Source: Macrostomum lignano (lineage: Eukaryota). From it: 64,000 nucleotides of DNA. The first letter of the stretch is position 1; each line of letters starts with the position of its first letter. This document shows positions 61,490 to 64,000 of this stretch, in pieces. Where the stretch lies: assembly GCA_002269645.1 (NCBI GenBank), contig NIVC01001834.1, forward strand, positions 1 through 64,000, written 5' to 3'. Below the pieces are notes generated by a model that saw nothing but the letters and a program-made list of their open reading frames with translations, had not been told where the DNA came from and ran no database searches. The translations under genes were made by a program, and so were the position numbers.

Positions 61490-63470
61490 GGGACCCGGGG
61501 CTTGTGAGGCATATCGACTTCTGCTCTGCGACTTGCGGCTCTACGACCAGCTCTACCGACCGCCAAAGCAGCAGCCACGGCGCTACTATCGCGCTCTGTC
61601 GGACACCCGCGTGAAGCGTCAATTCGCGGACACCTTCGCTTGGAAACCAGCGCGAGGCGGAGTATTTCGACATCAGCACCGCCGTTAGAGCTGCTGCAGA
61701 GCAGACGGTCCCGCTGATGCGGCCAGCGCAGAAATCGCTGACTATCTGGCAGAGCGACCCAATCATCAGGCAGGCGCAGCTCAACATTGAGCGACTCCGC
61801 AGAAACCGACGGCCCACGGGCGACGCTGAACACGCGTTTAAGCGCCTTTGAGATGAGCGCAGGAATGAATTGCGCGACTTTTTCGCCGGCATCGTGAACG
61901 CGCCCGCGTCGCCGCTGCCTTCCAGTTTTGCGCTCCCACTGGACACGCCACTCCCAGCTGAGGAGGACTTCTGCACCAGCCCAGTCACAACGGAGGACGT
62001 TGTGCTGTTCGCTCGAAAAAAATCAGGCTGCAAGGCGCTCGGCCCCGATAAAGTCCCGGTCAAAGCGCTGCGGCTCCGCTGTGTGGCCTCTCAGGTCACA
62101 GGCGTCATGAACCGCGTGCTCGCCGGCGCCCCTGCGCCCTCCGAATGGACCGTCGCGCACATCGTGCCGATCCCGAAGAAGGCAGGGACAACGCGGAAAG
62201 AAGACCACCGCGGGATCTCGCTGATGTTCTGCACCGCGAAGCTCTTCAACCAGCTGCTGCTCGATCGCCTGCAGTCGGTTTTGGACCCGTACCTGCGGTA
62301 CGAGCAGAACGGATTCCGGCCGCAACGCGGTACATTGACACAGATTCTCGAACTCCGCCGTGTCATCGAGGAGGCGCGCATCCGCCGGGCTACGCTGATC
62401 ATTGTCTTCGTTGACTCTCGAAAGGCGTTTGATTCGGTGTTGAGAGCCGCGCTTCTCTTTGTCCTTCGAATCTATTTGGTACCCCAGCAGCTAATCGACG
62501 CTGTCATGGCGCTGTATTGCAACACTCGAGCTGATGTGGTGACGGCGGACGGCCTGTCTGACCTGTTCGACACTTCATCAGGAGTTCTGCAGGGCGACAC
62601 GCTAGCGCCGTTCCTCTTCGTGCTGCTGCTAGACTGGGTGCTTCGGACCGCACTCCCCTCGGCTAATGACGGTTTTCTGCTGCGCAGACGCATCGGTCGC
62701 CGCTACGGCAAAAAGCGCTTGAGCGTTCTTGGCTACCCTCCTGTCCTCGTCCGTTGGAGGCGCCCAGCGCCAGATCGTCAGGTTGGTCGATGTGGCATCG
62801 AGCGTCGGTCTGGTTGTCAACACGCTGAAGACCGAGGTGCTGAATGTGCCGGCCGAAATCCCAGCGGACCTTGCCGCGGCGCAGACGGGCAGACGACGAA
62901 GCTCGCACGCTGCCAGCGGTTTACCTACCTAGGCGGTCTGGTGCCCCACGTGGAGGAAAACCTCCGGCAGCGCAGAGGACTTGCCTGCGTGGCCTTCCGT
63001 TCGATCCGGGCCGCCGTCCAGTCCGAAGCGCTGCCCGACCGCCAGGGGGCTCGGCTGTGATAGGCGGTGGTCGAAACCGTCCTGCTATACAACGCCGAGA
63101 CGTGGACGCTGGCGGCTACGCTGGAGCGGCAGCTGGACTCGGCGCACTCAGGGCTGCTCTGTGCGGCCTTTCGAGCTGACGAGAGCGTCGGGACCAAGGC
63201 CCTGTACGATCGGGCCAAGCTGCAGCGCCCATCCTTCATCATGCGCCAGCGGCGACTTCATCAACTGGCGGATCACGTGATTCGGGCCGAGGGCTACTGC
63301 CCCCAACCTGTTCAGGACGTCCTGCTGCTCACCTTGCAGGGCCCGCTCAGGGGGGGGGGGGTCAGGCCCAAACCCGTCGTTACGTAGACTGCCTCCTACG
63401 CGCGCCAACGGGGCGGACTTCGTCCACTCTCAGGCTCTGCGGTGCGCCATCAGACGCACCCTGCTTTGTG
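61490..63470 (+). mobile_element. 5'-truncated, decayed RTE/RTEX-like LINE (end of APE plus RT)
   Basis: HRLLLCDL; ORF 61870..63060 with GPDKVP, RGISL, EQNGFRP, VDSRKAFDS, GVLQGDTLAPFLF; YADD motif deleted; related to the cassette RTE fragments. Confidence 0.9.
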
Positions 63471-63654
63471 ACTTTGCTTGCAGGGCTGCGTAATTTGTTA
63501 CTGTTGTTTGCTGTTGCTGAGGCATATACACCAAATATAGCCCACCAAGCCAACTACACTCGTATGAGAGAGTCAGTAGCTGATGTTTTGTACGAGCTCG
63601 TGCTCATTGTCAGGGGTACATGTTTAACAGCCAATCCTCACACCTTATAACTGG

Positions 63655-63800
63655 TTTTTGATTGGCTGGCTCCAGAAGTTACGAGCATTGGCTCTTGATT
63701 GGTTGGCTCCAGAAGTTACGAGCATTGGTCCTTGATTGGCTGTCTCCAGAACCAGAAGTTACGAGCATTGGTTCTTGATTGGTTGGCTCCAGAAGTTATA
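63655..63800. repeat. ~39-bp tandem repeat rich in ATTGG (CCAAT-box) motifs
   Basis: GATTGG(T/C)TGGCTCCAGAAGTTACGAGCATTGG.TCTT, about 3.5 copies. Confidence 0.85.
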
Positions 63801-64000
63801 AGTATGGACAAGTAAAGTAGAAGGACCCTTCAAATGCAATTGTGCTTGGTTACGTTCTGTGCATCAGTCATTTAAAAGCCGGGCAAATTAAAAAATAATC
63901 TAATTGAAAACTTGGTAACAAGCAATTTCTTCATCAACTCATAAACAGATTTCAAGTTCTTGACGAGATGGAAATCGCACCTCAGCCGACAGACACGGAT

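Noticed and set aside
55878-63408. Numerous minus-strand ORFs over the LINEs and GC-rich genes
   Set aside because: They are antisense shadows of GC-rich coding sequence with no independent motifs.
63468-63650. Next exon of the MFSD4-like gene
   Set aside because: There is a plausible acceptor, but the peptide shows no motif I can tie to the family; unresolved.

Overview
Repeat-rich animal (invertebrate) genomic DNA with spliceosomal introns. A free-living flatworm such as Macrostomum would fit, but the species cannot be established from sequence alone. 1-22.7 kb: the 3' part of one TRAF-like gene, then three tandem copies of a ~6.5 kb cassette: SINE, RTE-LINE fragment, LTR-like piece, SINE, secreted PAN/apple + C-type lectin gene (+), and a convergent RING/TRAF-zinc-finger gene lacking a MATH domain (-). 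The three copies are mosaics of one another, and only the third lectin is intact. 23-36 kb: minisatellites, SINEs, and a decayed Crypton-like recombinase joined to a decayed DIRS/Ngaro-like retrotransposon. 36.5-38.3 kb: a FMRFamide-receptor-like GPCR whose C-terminal tail is interrupted by a 272-bp LINE insertion with a perfect 12-bp target-site duplication. 45 kb: mariner relic. 47.2-51.6 kb: a complete 4-exon NAPE-PLD gene whose 5' end abuts, and may be extended in frame by, a SINE. 55.8-60.3 kb: a full-length but decayed ingi-like LINE. It begins with a well-formed HDV-like ribozyme fold followed by a 2A-like peptide, and probably sits in intron 1 of an MFSD4-like transporter gene, which is followed by another RTE insertion. 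No rRNA, true tRNA or CRISPR array is supported. All assignments come from reading the sequence and ORF track by eye; no searches were run. Repeat boundaries are approximate, and some frameshifts could be assembly errors.
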